DNA from: a virus
Direction: 5' to 3' (one strand)
Length of the DNA: 64,000 nucleotides
IMG/VR virus record: IMGVR_UViG_3300021197_001931
Coordinates: 1 to 64,000 of that record
The position numbers were made by a program, and so were the translations under genes. The first letter of the stretch is position 1; each line of letters opens with the position of its first letter. A model generated the notes under the pieces. That model did not search any database. It was not told the DNA's origin and saw only the letters and a list, made by a program, of their open reading frames with translations. Below are positions 6,517-16,675 of the stretch, piece after piece.

Positions 6517-6819
6517 TTGAGAGATTTTAGAAAAAGTGCAGTAGCAATTAAGAATATCAAAGAGGCAAAAGGTCGAGCCTGTCTCTATAAATTATCAGAT
6601 CCACTCATGGGATATGAATATGTTGTGGTATCAGCAGCTAAGGATTGTAAAGACAATTATGATAATATGACTGGAGAGACTTTTATTTTTGGTTCAGACG
6701 AACTAGGAAAAATTAAAAGCTTTCTTGAACTCCCTGGCTCTTATAAGGGGGGTCTAGATCACCAAAAGGCTCTAAATGATGCTGGTTATGATATTAACTT
6801 TTGTGAAAGTTTTAAGTGA
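6517..6819 (+). CDS. Hypothetical protein
   Basis: 100 aa, AAGGAG SD, TTG start, coupled to the next gene (GTGA overlap). Confidence 0.7.
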   Translation: MRDFRKSAVAIKNIKEAKGRACLYKLSDPLMGYEYVVVSAAKDCKDNYDNMTGETFIFGSDELGKIKSFLELPGSYKGGLDHQKALNDAGYDINFCESFK

Positions 6820-7343
6820 GAATAGAAACCAGAAGAGAGCGTTACGATAAAAAACTTAATCTAGCGCAAAAATTCCCAATTGAATTAGCGACAGTTAATT
6901 TTCACCATGATGTTAATTTGGCCTACCTTGTTAGGGCAGCAGCATGTTTTGGCATTCCAGTTATTAATGTTATAGGCTCAACGCCGCCAAGAAGGATTAT
7001 TAATCAATTAAGCGGTAGTACGTTAGACTATGTGCAGATAAGGCAGTTTTCAACTCCGTCTGATTTTATGGAGTATAAAAGGAAAAACAATATTAACCTT
7101 GTATCAGTCGAGCTAGAATCTGGCGCCAAGACACTTCAAGAGTATAGTTTTGATTTTTCATCAAAGATTTGTATAGTGGCGGGCCATGAAACATCTGGTA
7201 TTCCAAATGAGATATTATTTAATAGCGATATTGTCTATATACCAATGCCTGGTGTTGGCTTTTGTTTAAATACGTCGCAAGCTACAAATATTGTCTTGTA
7301 TGAGGCAGTCAATCAATGTCAAAAGTTTCTAACCCGCATTTAG
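6816..7343 (+). CDS. SPOUT (TrmH/TrmL/SpoU family) RNA 2'-O-methyltransferase
   Basis: NLAYLVRAAACFG, VAGHETSGI, IPMPGVGFCLNTSQA motifs. Confidence 0.88.
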   Translation: MRIETRRERYDKKLNLAQKFPIELATVNFHHDVNLAYLVRAAACFGIPVINVIGSTPPRRIINQLSGSTLDYVQIRQFSTPSDFMEYKRKNNINLVSVELESGAKTLQEYSFDFSSKICIVAGHETSGIPNEILFNSDIVYIPMPGVGFCLNTSQATNIVLYEAVNQCQKFLTRI

Positions 7344-7356
7344 CGGGTTTTCTTTT
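7331..7356 (+). terminator. Rho-independent terminator
   Basis: AACCCGC-attta-GCGGGTT followed by TTCTTTT. Confidence 0.75.
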
Positions 7357-7364
7357 GTCTGAAA

Positions 7365-7372
7365 ACTAGTTA
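7365..7372 (+). promoter_or_regulatory. ACTAGTTA motif (putative phage late promoter)
   Basis: Directly after the terminator and 19 nt before the PhoH ATG. Confidence 0.6.
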
Positions 7373-7391
7373 ATAATGCCTCGGAGGGCAA

Positions 7392-8705
7392 ATGGCTAAG
7401 AAAAAAATTTATGTGATCGACACTAGTGTCTATCTAACTGACGCTCAAGCGATCTACCAATTTGGCAATAACGATATTGTCATTCCACTTAAAGTTCTAG
7501 AAGAAATAGATAAACACAAAAAACGCCAAGATGGTGTTGGTTCTCATGCAAGAAAAATTATAAGAATTCTTGATGAGTTGAGGGCTAAAGGAAATCTACA
7601 AAAAGGTGTGAGAATAGAAAAAGGTAAGGGAATTCTTAGGGTTAAGGGTTACCACGCACTCACAGAACTGCCGTCAGACTTGAACCCAAATCTAGCTGAT
7701 AATATCATCATTGGAGCTGCCTTAACCGAGAGCATAGAGAATCCTAGTCGAAAGGTGATAGTTGTATCCAAAGACGTGAACATGCGCGTTATATGTGACT
7801 CTGTGGGCGTTGTTGCGGAGGATTTTAAAGCCGAGAAGGTTTTAGATAAAGACTCACAGCTATATTCTGGATTTGCTAGTGTTTTGGTGGACGATCAAAT
7901 AATCGACCAATTTTATAATGGAGAACCAATATCTTTGGATGAAGAGTTAGGGGCTTGCCCAAATGAATTCATCATGTTGGTTTCGAATGCAAACGAGAAG
8001 AAATCCGCTTTAGCTAGATACATAAACCCCCACGTTCCATTGGTTAGGGTGAACGAACTTAAAGATGGCGTGTGGGGAGTCCGTGCTAGAAACAAGGAAC
8101 AATCATTTGCTCTAGATATTTTAATGAACCCCGAGATTCCTATAATCTCATTAGTTGGCCGCGCAGGCTGTGGAAAAACCTTGTGTGCAATCGCTGCTGG
8201 TATGGAGCAATGCTTGGGCAGCAAGACATATAATAAACTTATTGTGTCTCGCCCCGTTCAACCTATGGGTAAAGATATAGGCTTCCTACCAGGTACTCTG
8301 GAGGAGAAGATGATGCCATGGCTAGCACCAATTAGGGATAATTTAGAATTTCTGATGGATGGAGACAAGGATACTTTAGATATGTATCTAGAGCGTGGCC
8401 TAATAGAGATTGAGGCTCTTACATATATTCGTGGAAGATCAATAGCAAGTGCCTTCATCATAATTGACGAAGCTCAGAATTTAACAAGCCACGAATTAAA
8501 GACTATAATTACTAGAGTTGGCGAAGGAACAAAAATAGTTTTAACAGGAGACATTGAACAAATAGACAACGCTTATATTGATCAATCGTCAAATGGGCTA
8601 ACATATGCGGTAGAAAAATTTAAAGCATATGATCTATCCGGCCACGTTACGTTAAAAAGGGGAGAGAGGTCAAAAGTTGCTAGCTTGGCAGCTAAAATCT
8701 TATAA
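7392..8705 (+). CDS. phoH: PIN-domain + PhoH ATPase (PhoH2/YlaK type)
   Basis: N-terminal VIDTSV...ADNII...SKDVNMR PIN motifs; GRAGCGKT Walker A; IGFLPG, RGRS, IIDEAQN. Confidence 0.92.
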   Translation: MAKKKIYVIDTSVYLTDAQAIYQFGNNDIVIPLKVLEEIDKHKKRQDGVGSHARKIIRILDELRAKGNLQKGVRIEKGKGILRVKGYHALTELPSDLNPNLADNIIIGAALTESIENPSRKVIVVSKDVNMRVICDSVGVVAEDFKAEKVLDKDSQLYSGFASVLVDDQIIDQFYNGEPISLDEELGACPNEFIMLVSNANEKKSALARYINPHVPLVRVNELKDGVWGVRARNKEQSFALDILMNPEIPIISLVGRAGCGKTLCAIAAGMEQCLGSKTYNKLIVSRPVQPMGKDIGFLPGTLEEKMMPWLAPIRDNLEFLMDGDKDTLDMYLERGLIEIEALTYIRGRSIASAFIIIDEAQNLTSHELKTIITRVGEGTKIVLTGDIEQIDNAYIDQSSNGLTYAVEKFKAYDLSGHVTLKRGERSKVASLAAKIL

Positions 8706-8706
8706 T

Positions 8707-8991
8707 ATGGAAGAACTAAACGCTGAAAAATTTGATGAATGGGATAATCCCGACCTTAGAAAAGTGGTCGAAGAAGACAACGAGTTAAAGTCGTGGCTTG
8801 TGGAGTATGTTGGGAACAAACATGAACCAGAGGACGGCAATGTCACTGTAGAAATGATTGTAGTAACATTGGCTGAAGAGTTTCCTGAGTTTACGCTAGC
8901 TGTTGCTGGAGAAAACTTCCTTAGAGGGTATCACCAGGCACTTTGCGATCTTGAGACGGAATCCAATGAAAATAAACATAACAAGGCGTAA
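8707..8991 (+). CDS. Conserved-looking acidic hypothetical protein
   Basis: VTVEMIV..LAEEFPEF..AVAGENFLRGY; ATG at 8707 follows the phoH stop. Confidence 0.7.
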   Translation: MEELNAEKFDEWDNPDLRKVVEEDNELKSWLVEYVGNKHEPEDGNVTVEMIVVTLAEEFPEFTLAVAGENFLRGYHQALCDLETESNENKHNKA

Positions 8992-9676
8992 CCTTAGTAT
9001 CTATATTAAGGAGAGTGCCACCCACAATTTATCAAGAAGAAAAGAATATTATTTTTTTGGGGACATTTTAGTTTTAGTAAAAGATCCTGTTCCACATGAC
9101 ATTGATTTGCACGCCTGCCTAAGAGAGGTGGAGGTTAGAATACCAAAACACTTAGTATATGGTTTGGATTCAATTTTTGTTGGTCAATTCCCTGAATTTG
9201 AAAAGCAGCAAATAAACGCTTTTTATAGAGATGGCGCCATATATATTACAAATGACCAAGAGACTGATGATGATTTTATTGATGATTTGGTGCACGAAAT
9301 AGCCCATTTAGCTGAAAAGACTTATGGAGCAGATATTTATGGAGATCAAAGTGTATCAAGAGAGTTTTTAGGAAAAAGGCAGAAGCTCTTTTATATGCTA
9401 AAAGAGGAAGGTTTTGATGTCTCCCCAAAAGACTTTATGAATCTTGACTATTCTTTTGAATTTGATATGTTTTTGCTTGAAAAAGTCGGATATCCGATGC
9501 TTACACAATTAACTGTTGGTTTGTTTTTAACTCCTTATGGAACAACAAGCTTGGCAGAATATTTTGCTGAGGCTTTTGAATTTTATGTTTTAAGGGATCA
9601 AAAAACAGTAAAGAGCATATCTCCCCTTTGTCATTTAAAAATAAAAGAACTATTGGAAATTAAAGATGCTTTCTGA
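8966..9676 (+). CDS. Zn-metallopeptidase-like protein (HEXXH plus EYFAE)
   Basis: DDLVHEIAH and SLAEYFAEAF; start uncertain (8903 or 8966). Confidence 0.65.
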   Translation: MKINITRRNLSIYIKESATHNLSRRKEYYFFGDILVLVKDPVPHDIDLHACLREVEVRIPKHLVYGLDSIFVGQFPEFEKQQINAFYRDGAIYITNDQETDDDFIDDLVHEIAHLAEKTYGADIYGDQSVSREFLGKRQKLFYMLKEEGFDVSPKDFMNLDYSFEFDMFLLEKVGYPMLTQLTVGLFLTPYGTTSLAEYFAEAFEFYVLRDQKTVKSISPLCHLKIKELLEIKDAF

Positions 9677-9962
9677 AAACTTAAACAAAATAAATGTTGC
9701 TATATCCGAGAATAATGATAATATAACTTGTACTGTAGAGATAACACCTTTAGGAAGATTTTGTAGAAAAAAAATCTATGTAGATACAAAAGACGTTGTT
9801 AACTATCTTTTACAACAAGGCCTACAATTTATTGAAACTAGTGAGCCACATAAAAGGTTAAAAAATTATAAAGAAGGTGTTTCAAACAAGGGAACTTGGG
9901 TTTTTTTGAAAAAAAAACCTCCCATAAAAAAAACAACTAGAAAAAGAACAAAAAAACAATAA
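9666..9962 (+). CDS. Hypothetical protein with basic C-terminal tail
   Basis: 98-aa ORF coupled to both neighbours. Confidence 0.65.
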   Translation: MLSENLNKINVAISENNDNITCTVEITPLGRFCRKKIYVDTKDVVNYLLQQGLQFIETSEPHKRLKNYKEGVSNKGTWVFLKKKPPIKKTTRKRTKKQ

Positions 9963-10733
9963 ATGCAACACATTTCCTTTTCCGAACTTAAAAACTGGGC
10001 TAAGTGTGCCTTTTATCACAAACTTGTAAATATCGACAAACTTAAAGGCTTTGTTGGTAGCGAACATACTGCGTTTGGCACAGCTTTACACGAAGTTTGT
10101 GAAAAAGGTGTTTTAGGCCAATTGACTAAGGGAGATGAAGCAAAATTATTTTTAGAAACATTTGAAAAAGAAATTGCCTCTCTAATCATAGATAAAGTTT
10201 CTCTTGAGCAAGAGCTTGTAACGCAAATGGAGGCCCAAGGAGTTAATTTGGCTCCATTGGCTGTGCCTGCTCTAACAAAGAAATTTGGAGATTACAAGGT
10301 CATATCAGCCGAGGAAAAGTTATATGAGCCAATTGAAGAGGTTGATTATTTTTTTAAGGGGTATATCGATCTGGTCATTAAGACATCGGATGACAAATAT
10401 CACATCATTGATTGGAAGACAACTTCGTGGGGCTGGGACGCACGCAGAAGGTCCGATCCAATGGTAACCTACCAATTAACACTGTATAAACACTATTTTT
10501 CTCAGAAGCACGGCTTGGACCCTAAAATGATTGAAACACATTTTGCTTTACTAAAAAGAACAGCCCAGAAAGATAGGGTGGAAATTTTTCGAGTTACAAG
10601 TGGGGCCAGAAAAACGCAAAACGCACTTAAATTGTTGAATCAAGCCTTGTATAATATAAAAAGAAAAAAGCACATTAAAAATAGACTTTCATGCAGCAGG
10701 TGTGAATTCTATAAAACTAAACACTGTGGATAG
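9963..10733 (+). CDS. PD-(D/E)XK exonuclease, RecB/Cas4-like with Fe-S cysteines
   Basis: HISFSEL..W..C, FGTALH, FKGYIDLV, IIDWKT, QLTLY, CSRCEF....C. Confidence 0.85.
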   Translation: MQHISFSELKNWAKCAFYHKLVNIDKLKGFVGSEHTAFGTALHEVCEKGVLGQLTKGDEAKLFLETFEKEIASLIIDKVSLEQELVTQMEAQGVNLAPLAVPALTKKFGDYKVISAEEKLYEPIEEVDYFFKGYIDLVIKTSDDKYHIIDWKTTSWGWDARRRSDPMVTYQLTLYKHYFSQKHGLDPKMIETHFALLKRTAQKDRVEIFRVTSGARKTQNALKLLNQALYNIKRKKHIKNRLSCSRCEFYKTKHCG

Positions 10734-10738
10734 AATAT

Positions 10739-12007
10739 ATGGATAATAATAAGTTAACCGTGATGGTTTTGTCAGACCATCCACTTTCCCCTTCAGGGGT
10801 AGGAACTCAAACAAGATATTTCATTGAAGCGATGCTTAAGACTGGTAAGTATCGCTTTATTTGTTTAGGTGGTGCAGTAAAGCACCAAAACTATACCCCA
10901 ATACAGGTTAATCCTTACCCGAATGATTGGGTAATATACCCTGTAGACGGATACGGAACCCAGGACATGATTCGTGGAATGATGATAAAGCACAAGCCTG
11001 ATATCTTGTGGTTTATGACTGACCCTCGTTTTTACGGATGGTTGTGGGAAATCGAGAATGAGGTAAGAGATGTTGTACCAATGGTGTACTATCATGTATG
11101 GGACAATTATCCATATCCATCATTTAATAATTCATGGTACAGGTCTAATGACGCGGTAGCAACAATTTCTAAAGTTACAAGTGACATAGTTAAAACTGTC
11201 TGCCCAGAAGTGGAGGAAACTTATATTCCACACATGATTAATACAAACATATTTAAGAAACAAGACGAGAACGCAGTTCTTAAATTTAAACAAGAGGCAC
11301 TAAAAGCAAGCGATACCTCTGACAAACTTTTGTTTTTTTGGAATAATCGAAACGCACGTAGAAAAATGTCTGGCTCTTTAATTTTTTGGTTTAAAGAATA
11401 TTTGGACCAAGTTGGGCACGATAAGGCGTTTTTGCTGATGCACACGGATCCTGTGGACCCTCACGGACAAGACTTGGTCGCAATTTTATCTGAGTTGGGC
11501 TTAAATCAGGGCCAAGTGTTGCTATCTAGGGAAAAAATTCCACCAGAGCAATTAGCTATGATTTACAATATGGCTGATTGCACTGTTAATATTTCAGATG
11601 CAGAGGGCTTTGGATTGGCAACATTTGAATCTTTAGCTTGTGAGACCCCTATTGTAGTAAATATGACCGGAGGACTACAAGAACAGGTCACTGATGGAGA
11701 AAGGTGGTTTGGTATAGGAATTGAACCTTCATCAAAGGCAGTTATTGGGTCTCAAGACGTTCCCTTTATTTACGAAGACCGTGTTTCAAAAGAGGACTTT
11801 GTACAAGCGTTAATTAAAATAACAAATATGACAAAAGAAGAGCGTGCCACTCTTGGCAGGCAGGGTAGAGAGCACATACTGAAAAATTACAGTATGGAGC
11901 AGTTCGCAAAAAGATGGGATGAAACTCTAACAAGAGTGCATGCTCGCTGTGGGTCTTGGGAAACAAGGAAAAATTATAATTCTTGGGAGTTTATGGAAGT
12001 AAAATGA
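10739..12007 (+). CDS. Glycosyltransferase, GT4 family
   Basis: SGVGTQ, NRNARRK, EGFGLATFESLAC (EX7E). Confidence 0.9.
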   Translation: MDNNKLTVMVLSDHPLSPSGVGTQTRYFIEAMLKTGKYRFICLGGAVKHQNYTPIQVNPYPNDWVIYPVDGYGTQDMIRGMMIKHKPDILWFMTDPRFYGWLWEIENEVRDVVPMVYYHVWDNYPYPSFNNSWYRSNDAVATISKVTSDIVKTVCPEVEETYIPHMINTNIFKKQDENAVLKFKQEALKASDTSDKLLFFWNNRNARRKMSGSLIFWFKEYLDQVGHDKAFLLMHTDPVDPHGQDLVAILSELGLNQGQVLLSREKIPPEQLAMIYNMADCTVNISDAEGFGLATFESLACETPIVVNMTGGLQEQVTDGERWFGIGIEPSSKAVIGSQDVPFIYEDRVSKEDFVQALIKITNMTKEERATLGRQGREHILKNYSMEQFAKRWDETLTRVHARCGSWETRKNYNSWEFMEVK

Positions 12008-13281
12008 AGAAAAAAATCATAGTAGTCGGTCCCGCTCTGTCGCAAACGGGATACGGAGAACAATGTAGATTTGCACTTAGGGCGCTGATGTCTAATCAGG
12101 AAGATTTTGATGTTTATCTGAAGCCCGTTCCTTGGGGAAAGAGTAGCTGGATACCTTTTGATAGCGAAGATCGCAACTGGATTGACATGTTAATTAGGAA
12201 AACTATGTTGTATGGTCAAAGTAACGGCCACTTTGATGCCAGCCTTCAAGTAACAATACCCAACGAGTGGGAAAAGGTAGCACCTATAAATATAGGTTAT
12301 ACCGCTGGGATAGAAACAACAAAGGTAAGTCCAGAGTGGATAGAAAAATCTAGATTAATGGATAGAATTATTACTATCTCTAATCATTCTAAAAATGTGT
12401 ATCTAGAAACATCTTATGACGCCAGAATGAGCGACTCAGATCAAGTATTTAAAGTTAGATGCGAAACTCCGATCGATGTTGTCCATTATGGAGTTAGAAA
12501 TCACAAACAAGAAGATATTAAAATTGATCTAGATTATGACTTTAACTTTTTAGTGGTAGCACAATGGGGACCTAGAAAGAATCTAGAAAATACTGTTAGA
12601 TGGTGGATTGAGGAATTTAAGGACGAAGAAGTTGGACTCGTAGTTAAGACCAGCTTATATAAAACTAGTATTATTGATAGAGAGCACACACTAGAAAGAA
12701 TGAAAAAGGTCATAGCAGATTATAAGGACACAAAGTGCAAAGTTTACCTTATCCATGGAAACATGACTGCTGAAGAATTAACAGGCCTCTATAGGCACCC
12801 AGATATAAAGTGCATGACCAGCCTCACGCATGGCGAGGGTTTTGGATTGCCATTATTTGAGGCAGCATACAACGAGTTGCCTGTAATAGCACCAGATTGG
12901 AGTGGCCATAAGGACTTTTTGTACGCACCCAAAAAACACAAAAAGAAGGGTAAAACGGTTACAAAAATAAAAGCTCACTTCGGAAAAGTTGAGTATGATA
13001 TAAAGCCAATTCAAAAGCAGGTTGTCTGGAAAGGTGTTCTACAGGAGGACTCAAGTTGGTGTTACGCAAAGAAAGAAAGCTACAAGTCTAGGCTTCGTGA
13101 TGTTTATTCAAATTACAATAGGTATAAAAATCAATCTAAATCTTTGAAAAAATCACTGATTAATAATTTTAATGAGCAAGACAAGTACAATGAGTTTTCT
13201 CATTCTGTTAAAACCGCCTGTGGATTATTGATTGATGATGAAGTGGATTCTATGTTTGAGTTTGCGATGCAGCAAAAATGA
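12004..13281 (+). CDS. Glycosyltransferase, GT4 family
   Basis: TGYGE, PRKN, HGEGFGLPLFEAA. Confidence 0.9.
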   Translation: MKKKIIVVGPALSQTGYGEQCRFALRALMSNQEDFDVYLKPVPWGKSSWIPFDSEDRNWIDMLIRKTMLYGQSNGHFDASLQVTIPNEWEKVAPINIGYTAGIETTKVSPEWIEKSRLMDRIITISNHSKNVYLETSYDARMSDSDQVFKVRCETPIDVVHYGVRNHKQEDIKIDLDYDFNFLVVAQWGPRKNLENTVRWWIEEFKDEEVGLVVKTSLYKTSIIDREHTLERMKKVIADYKDTKCKVYLIHGNMTAEELTGLYRHPDIKCMTSLTHGEGFGLPLFEAAYNELPVIAPDWSGHKDFLYAPKKHKKKGKTVTKIKAHFGKVEYDIKPIQKQVVWKGVLQEDSSWCYAKKESYKSRLRDVYSNYNRYKNQSKSLKKSLINNFNEQDKYNEFSHSVKTACGLLIDDEVDSMFEFAMQQK

Positions 13282-14876
13282 TAGTTTTTGTGGCAGATGC
13301 ATTTGTTGAACATTTTAATGGGGGCGCAGAACTTACTACTGAAAGTATAATCTCTTCGTGCTTACTGCCAAACGTAAAGGTGTTGTCTCAACAAATTACA
13401 GTTGAGTTGTTAAAGCAAAATAAAAATCATTTTTTTGTATTTGGAAATTTTCAAAATTTAAAATTTGATTGTATTCTATATGCTATTAAAAATTTGAATT
13501 ACTCAGTGCTTGAGTACGATTATAAATATTGTAGTTTTAGATCACCTGGTAAGCATGCGGCTGCCGATGGAATCTGTGATTGCCACCAGACAAAAAGGGG
13601 AAAACTAATATCTTTATTTTTAAATTCTGCTAACAAGTTATGGTGGATGTCTAAAAATCAAAAAAATCAATATATTGAAAAATTCCCCTTTTTAGGGGGC
13701 AACGTATTAAGCTCTGTTTTCTCAGACGAGACCTTAGATTTTATCCAATCTTTAGATATTTCCAAGAAACAAGAAAAGTGGGTTATTTTAGATTCAAAAT
13801 CTTGGATAAAAGGCGTTGAAGATGCAGTTAATTATGCTAAAGAGAACGATCTAGAATATGAGCTTGTTTGGGGGATTAGTCACAAAGAGTTGCTTAGAAA
13901 GTTAGCCCGCTCAAGGGGACTTATCTTCTTTCCAAAAGCTGGGGACACATGCCCAAGGATGGTTATAGAGGCAAAATTATTGAATTGTGATTTAATTTTA
14001 AACGAGAATGTTCAACATGTGGGCGAATCATGGTTTGAAACTAGAGATTCTTGTTTTAACTATCTTAGGGAGAGGACTTCTTCTTTTTGGAATTCTCTAG
14101 AGGAGGAAATAGGCTGTCTCCCCTCAAGCGAGTTCCAGTCTGACCAAAAATATATTTTTATAATTCCCTTCTTTAATGCGGCACCATTTTTGACAAAGTG
14201 CATAACAAGCATAAAGAGACAGAGGCATACAAAATTTAAATGTATTTTAATTGATGACATGTCAACTGATAATTCTAATGAAATTATTGATGATCTGATC
14301 TCAGGTGACCCCAGGTTTATTTTGAAAAGAAATGCACAAAAAGGATATGCCTTAAAAAATATTTATCACTCCCTGTTGGATGAAGAAATAGATGATGAGG
14401 ACGTCGTTATACTTTTAGATGGGGATGACTGGTTATCGTCAAGCAAAACTTTAAATGCTTTGAACGAGGCGTACAACGAAGACTGCTTGGTCACCTATGG
14501 TAGCTATATTATGCACCCTCACGGAATCCTTGGCCCCGAGCCATCCAGGTACCCGAAAGAGGTTGTAGACAACAATCTTTATAGACAAGATAAATGGAGA
14601 GCTTCGCATTTGAGAACATTCAAATATCATGTTTGGAATAGAATTGATGTTGATGACCTAAAAGATAAAGATGGTAATTTCTACAGCGTTTCTTACGACC
14701 AAGCTATAATGCTTCCGTTGCTTGAGATGGCTTCTGATAGGGTAAAATATGTTAATTCTGTTTTACATGTGTATAATAAAGAGAACCCTCTCAATGTTGA
14801 CAAAATAAAGCAAAAGCTACAATATGACACCGCCCAAGAGATAAGAAAAAAGAAAAAATATGAGAGAATAAAATAA
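13278..14876 (+). CDS. Bifunctional glycosyltransferase (GT-B-like N-terminus + GT2 C-terminus)
   Basis: GGAELT...DTCPRMVIEAKL; then IIPFFNA, IDDMSTD, LDGDDW. Confidence 0.85.
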   Translation: MIVFVADAFVEHFNGGAELTTESIISSCLLPNVKVLSQQITVELLKQNKNHFFVFGNFQNLKFDCILYAIKNLNYSVLEYDYKYCSFRSPGKHAAADGICDCHQTKRGKLISLFLNSANKLWWMSKNQKNQYIEKFPFLGGNVLSSVFSDETLDFIQSLDISKKQEKWVILDSKSWIKGVEDAVNYAKENDLEYELVWGISHKELLRKLARSRGLIFFPKAGDTCPRMVIEAKLLNCDLILNENVQHVGESWFETRDSCFNYLRERTSSFWNSLEEEIGCLPSSEFQSDQKYIFIIPFFNAAPFLTKCITSIKRQRHTKFKCILIDDMSTDNSNEIIDDLISGDPRFILKRNAQKGYALKNIYHSLLDEEIDDEDVVILLDGDDWLSSSKTLNALNEAYNEDCLVTYGSYIMHPHGILGPEPSRYPKEVVDNNLYRQDKWRASHLRTFKYHVWNRIDVDDLKDKDGNFYSVSYDQAIMLPLLEMASDRVKYVNSVLHVYNKENPLNVDKIKQKLQYDTAQEIRKKKKYERIK

Positions 14877-14878
14877 AA

Positions 14879-15853
14879 ATGATTAGAAACAACAAACTTA
14901 TTAATATTCTAATGTGTTCTAGACCAGGAGGCGACCGTGGTCCTGGGCTAACTTATGGCCACCACGTAAAGGCTTTGAACGAAGATGAAAAAGGCAGGTT
15001 TTACGTCAATGAATTGTGGAAAATTTCTGATCAAAATGAAATTAACAATTATGATGTTTTTTGGTTTTATGCAAAGGGTTTTGACCCCAGAACGTATTTG
15101 TTTTTAAAAGAAAATTATCCACATAAAAAGTTTGTTTTTGGCCCAAACATCCTTCTAGATAAGCCGGATGTTGGAGCTGCTGATCCGTGGGATGAATGGT
15201 TCTTAGGCAATGTTGAGTTTGATTTATACATTGATCAGGTAGAGTATTATAACAATCATGTTAAGAAGTTTATAAGACCAGACCTTGTACACAAAGCAGA
15301 TTATCTTGATAAATGTGTGACATTTGATATAGATCCATCAATTATAGAAAACAAAACAATTAAATATGATTGCCTGGTGTACTCTAAAAAAAGAAGATAT
15401 GATGATAACTATGAACAGTTTCATGGTGGCCTTATTGGTCTTTTGAATGAAAATAATATATCTTTTGTAGAATTAACTTATGGAGATTATAAAAGACAAG
15501 AATATTTTGATGCCCTCTTGGAGTCAAGGTGCTGTATAAACTTGAGTCTTGATGAGTGCCCCGGCATAGCAACTTATGAATCTATGTTCATGAATACTCC
15601 AATTATTGGCTCTCCGCACAATACTCCAAGCATTTTTGACACTAATTTTTGGGTGCATGATACTGATAAAATGACTGATAAATATATCAAGAGGAAAGAA
15701 GACGCACATATAAAGTATTACGAAAAGATATCCTCTTTTCTCAGTGGAGAAATAGACCTTCGAATTAGCCCAAGGGAATATATATTAAAACACGCTGGGT
15801 ACAAAAGATATGTTAACGATGCACACAAATTAATGATAAAATACTGTCTCTAG
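14879..15853 (+). CDS. Putative GT-B glycosyltransferase
   Basis: RGPG N-terminal loop; ECPGIATYESM (EX7E-like). Confidence 0.65.
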   Translation: MIRNNKLINILMCSRPGGDRGPGLTYGHHVKALNEDEKGRFYVNELWKISDQNEINNYDVFWFYAKGFDPRTYLFLKENYPHKKFVFGPNILLDKPDVGAADPWDEWFLGNVEFDLYIDQVEYYNNHVKKFIRPDLVHKADYLDKCVTFDIDPSIIENKTIKYDCLVYSKKRRYDDNYEQFHGGLIGLLNENNISFVELTYGDYKRQEYFDALLESRCCINLSLDECPGIATYESMFMNTPIIGSPHNTPSIFDTNFWVHDTDKMTDKYIKRKEDAHIKYYEKISSFLSGEIDLRISPREYILKHAGYKRYVNDAHKLMIKYCL

Positions 15854-15862
15854 GGAAATTAA

Positions 15863-16675
15863 ATGTTAGATAAAAAAACTTTTGAACAGAGAAAACAGGC
15901 CTTCGAAACTCTATTTCAAGAGAAAAAAAATGAGGGCAAATTTGATGATTGGGAGACTCAATTTTGGAATAGTCCCCATATTCGAGATAAGTCTTATGGT
16001 GTCTTATTTAATGAAAATATTAAAAGCCCTGTTAGGAACGCTGCAGCCTTGCTAATGATATCCATGATTGAAAAAATTTATCTTTTTGATTATGATGAAT
16101 ACTGCAAGATAAATGATGTTTTTGAAAAACTATTTTTGATGCCGTCAAATGTCCAACCTGAAAAGTACGAAATAATAAAAAAGTACCTAAATAAGGACAC
16201 TTTAATGTTTGAGTGGGGATCTGGGTATAGTACAATTCACTTTGCTAAAATTTGTAGATTTGTTTTTTCTGTTGAAAGCGATCCATTTTGGTTATCTAAG
16301 ATAAGTATGGTGTCCTCTATTCTCAACATTGACAATATTAGTATTGCAGGGTCTTTTATGCCACCCTATGGTCAGGGGCCCGAAAACACTACTTACCCCT
16401 CTGCAATAGAAGGCATATCACAAGCAACTGGCATTAAGTCTTTTGATGTTGTCTTAGTTGATGGAAGAATGAGGGAGAAGTGTTTAGAAAATGCCCTGCC
16501 TCTTTTACATGATGAATCGGTGGTTATCGTGGACGATTTTGATAGAGATTATCCAAAAGGCATCACCCAGAAGTATAGCAAAATTGTTAAAGATAATTAC
16601 GAAATAGTTGAAAGAACAGACTGCAGCACTGGCCTAGTTGTATTAAAAAAGATTGGAAATAAAAATGAGCTTTGA
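15863..16675 (+). CDS. Class I SAM-dependent methyltransferase
   Basis: FEWGSGYST, SVESD, FDVVLVDGRMR, VDD. Confidence 0.8.
   Translation: MLDKKTFEQRKQAFETLFQEKKNEGKFDDWETQFWNSPHIRDKSYGVLFNENIKSPVRNAAALLMISMIEKIYLFDYDEYCKINDVFEKLFLMPSNVQPEKYEIIKKYLNKDTLMFEWGSGYSTIHFAKICRFVFSVESDPFWLSKISMVSSILNIDNISIAGSFMPPYGQGPENTTYPSAIEGISQATGIKSFDVVLVDGRMREKCLENALPLLHDESVVIVDDFDRDYPKGITQKYSKIVKDNYEIVERTDCSTGLVVLKKIGNKNEL

Noticed and set aside
9963-10733. Cas4-like nuclease as evidence of a CRISPR-Cas system
   Set aside because: No repeat-spacer array or other cas gene is visible in the window; solo Cas4/RecB-like nucleases are common in phages
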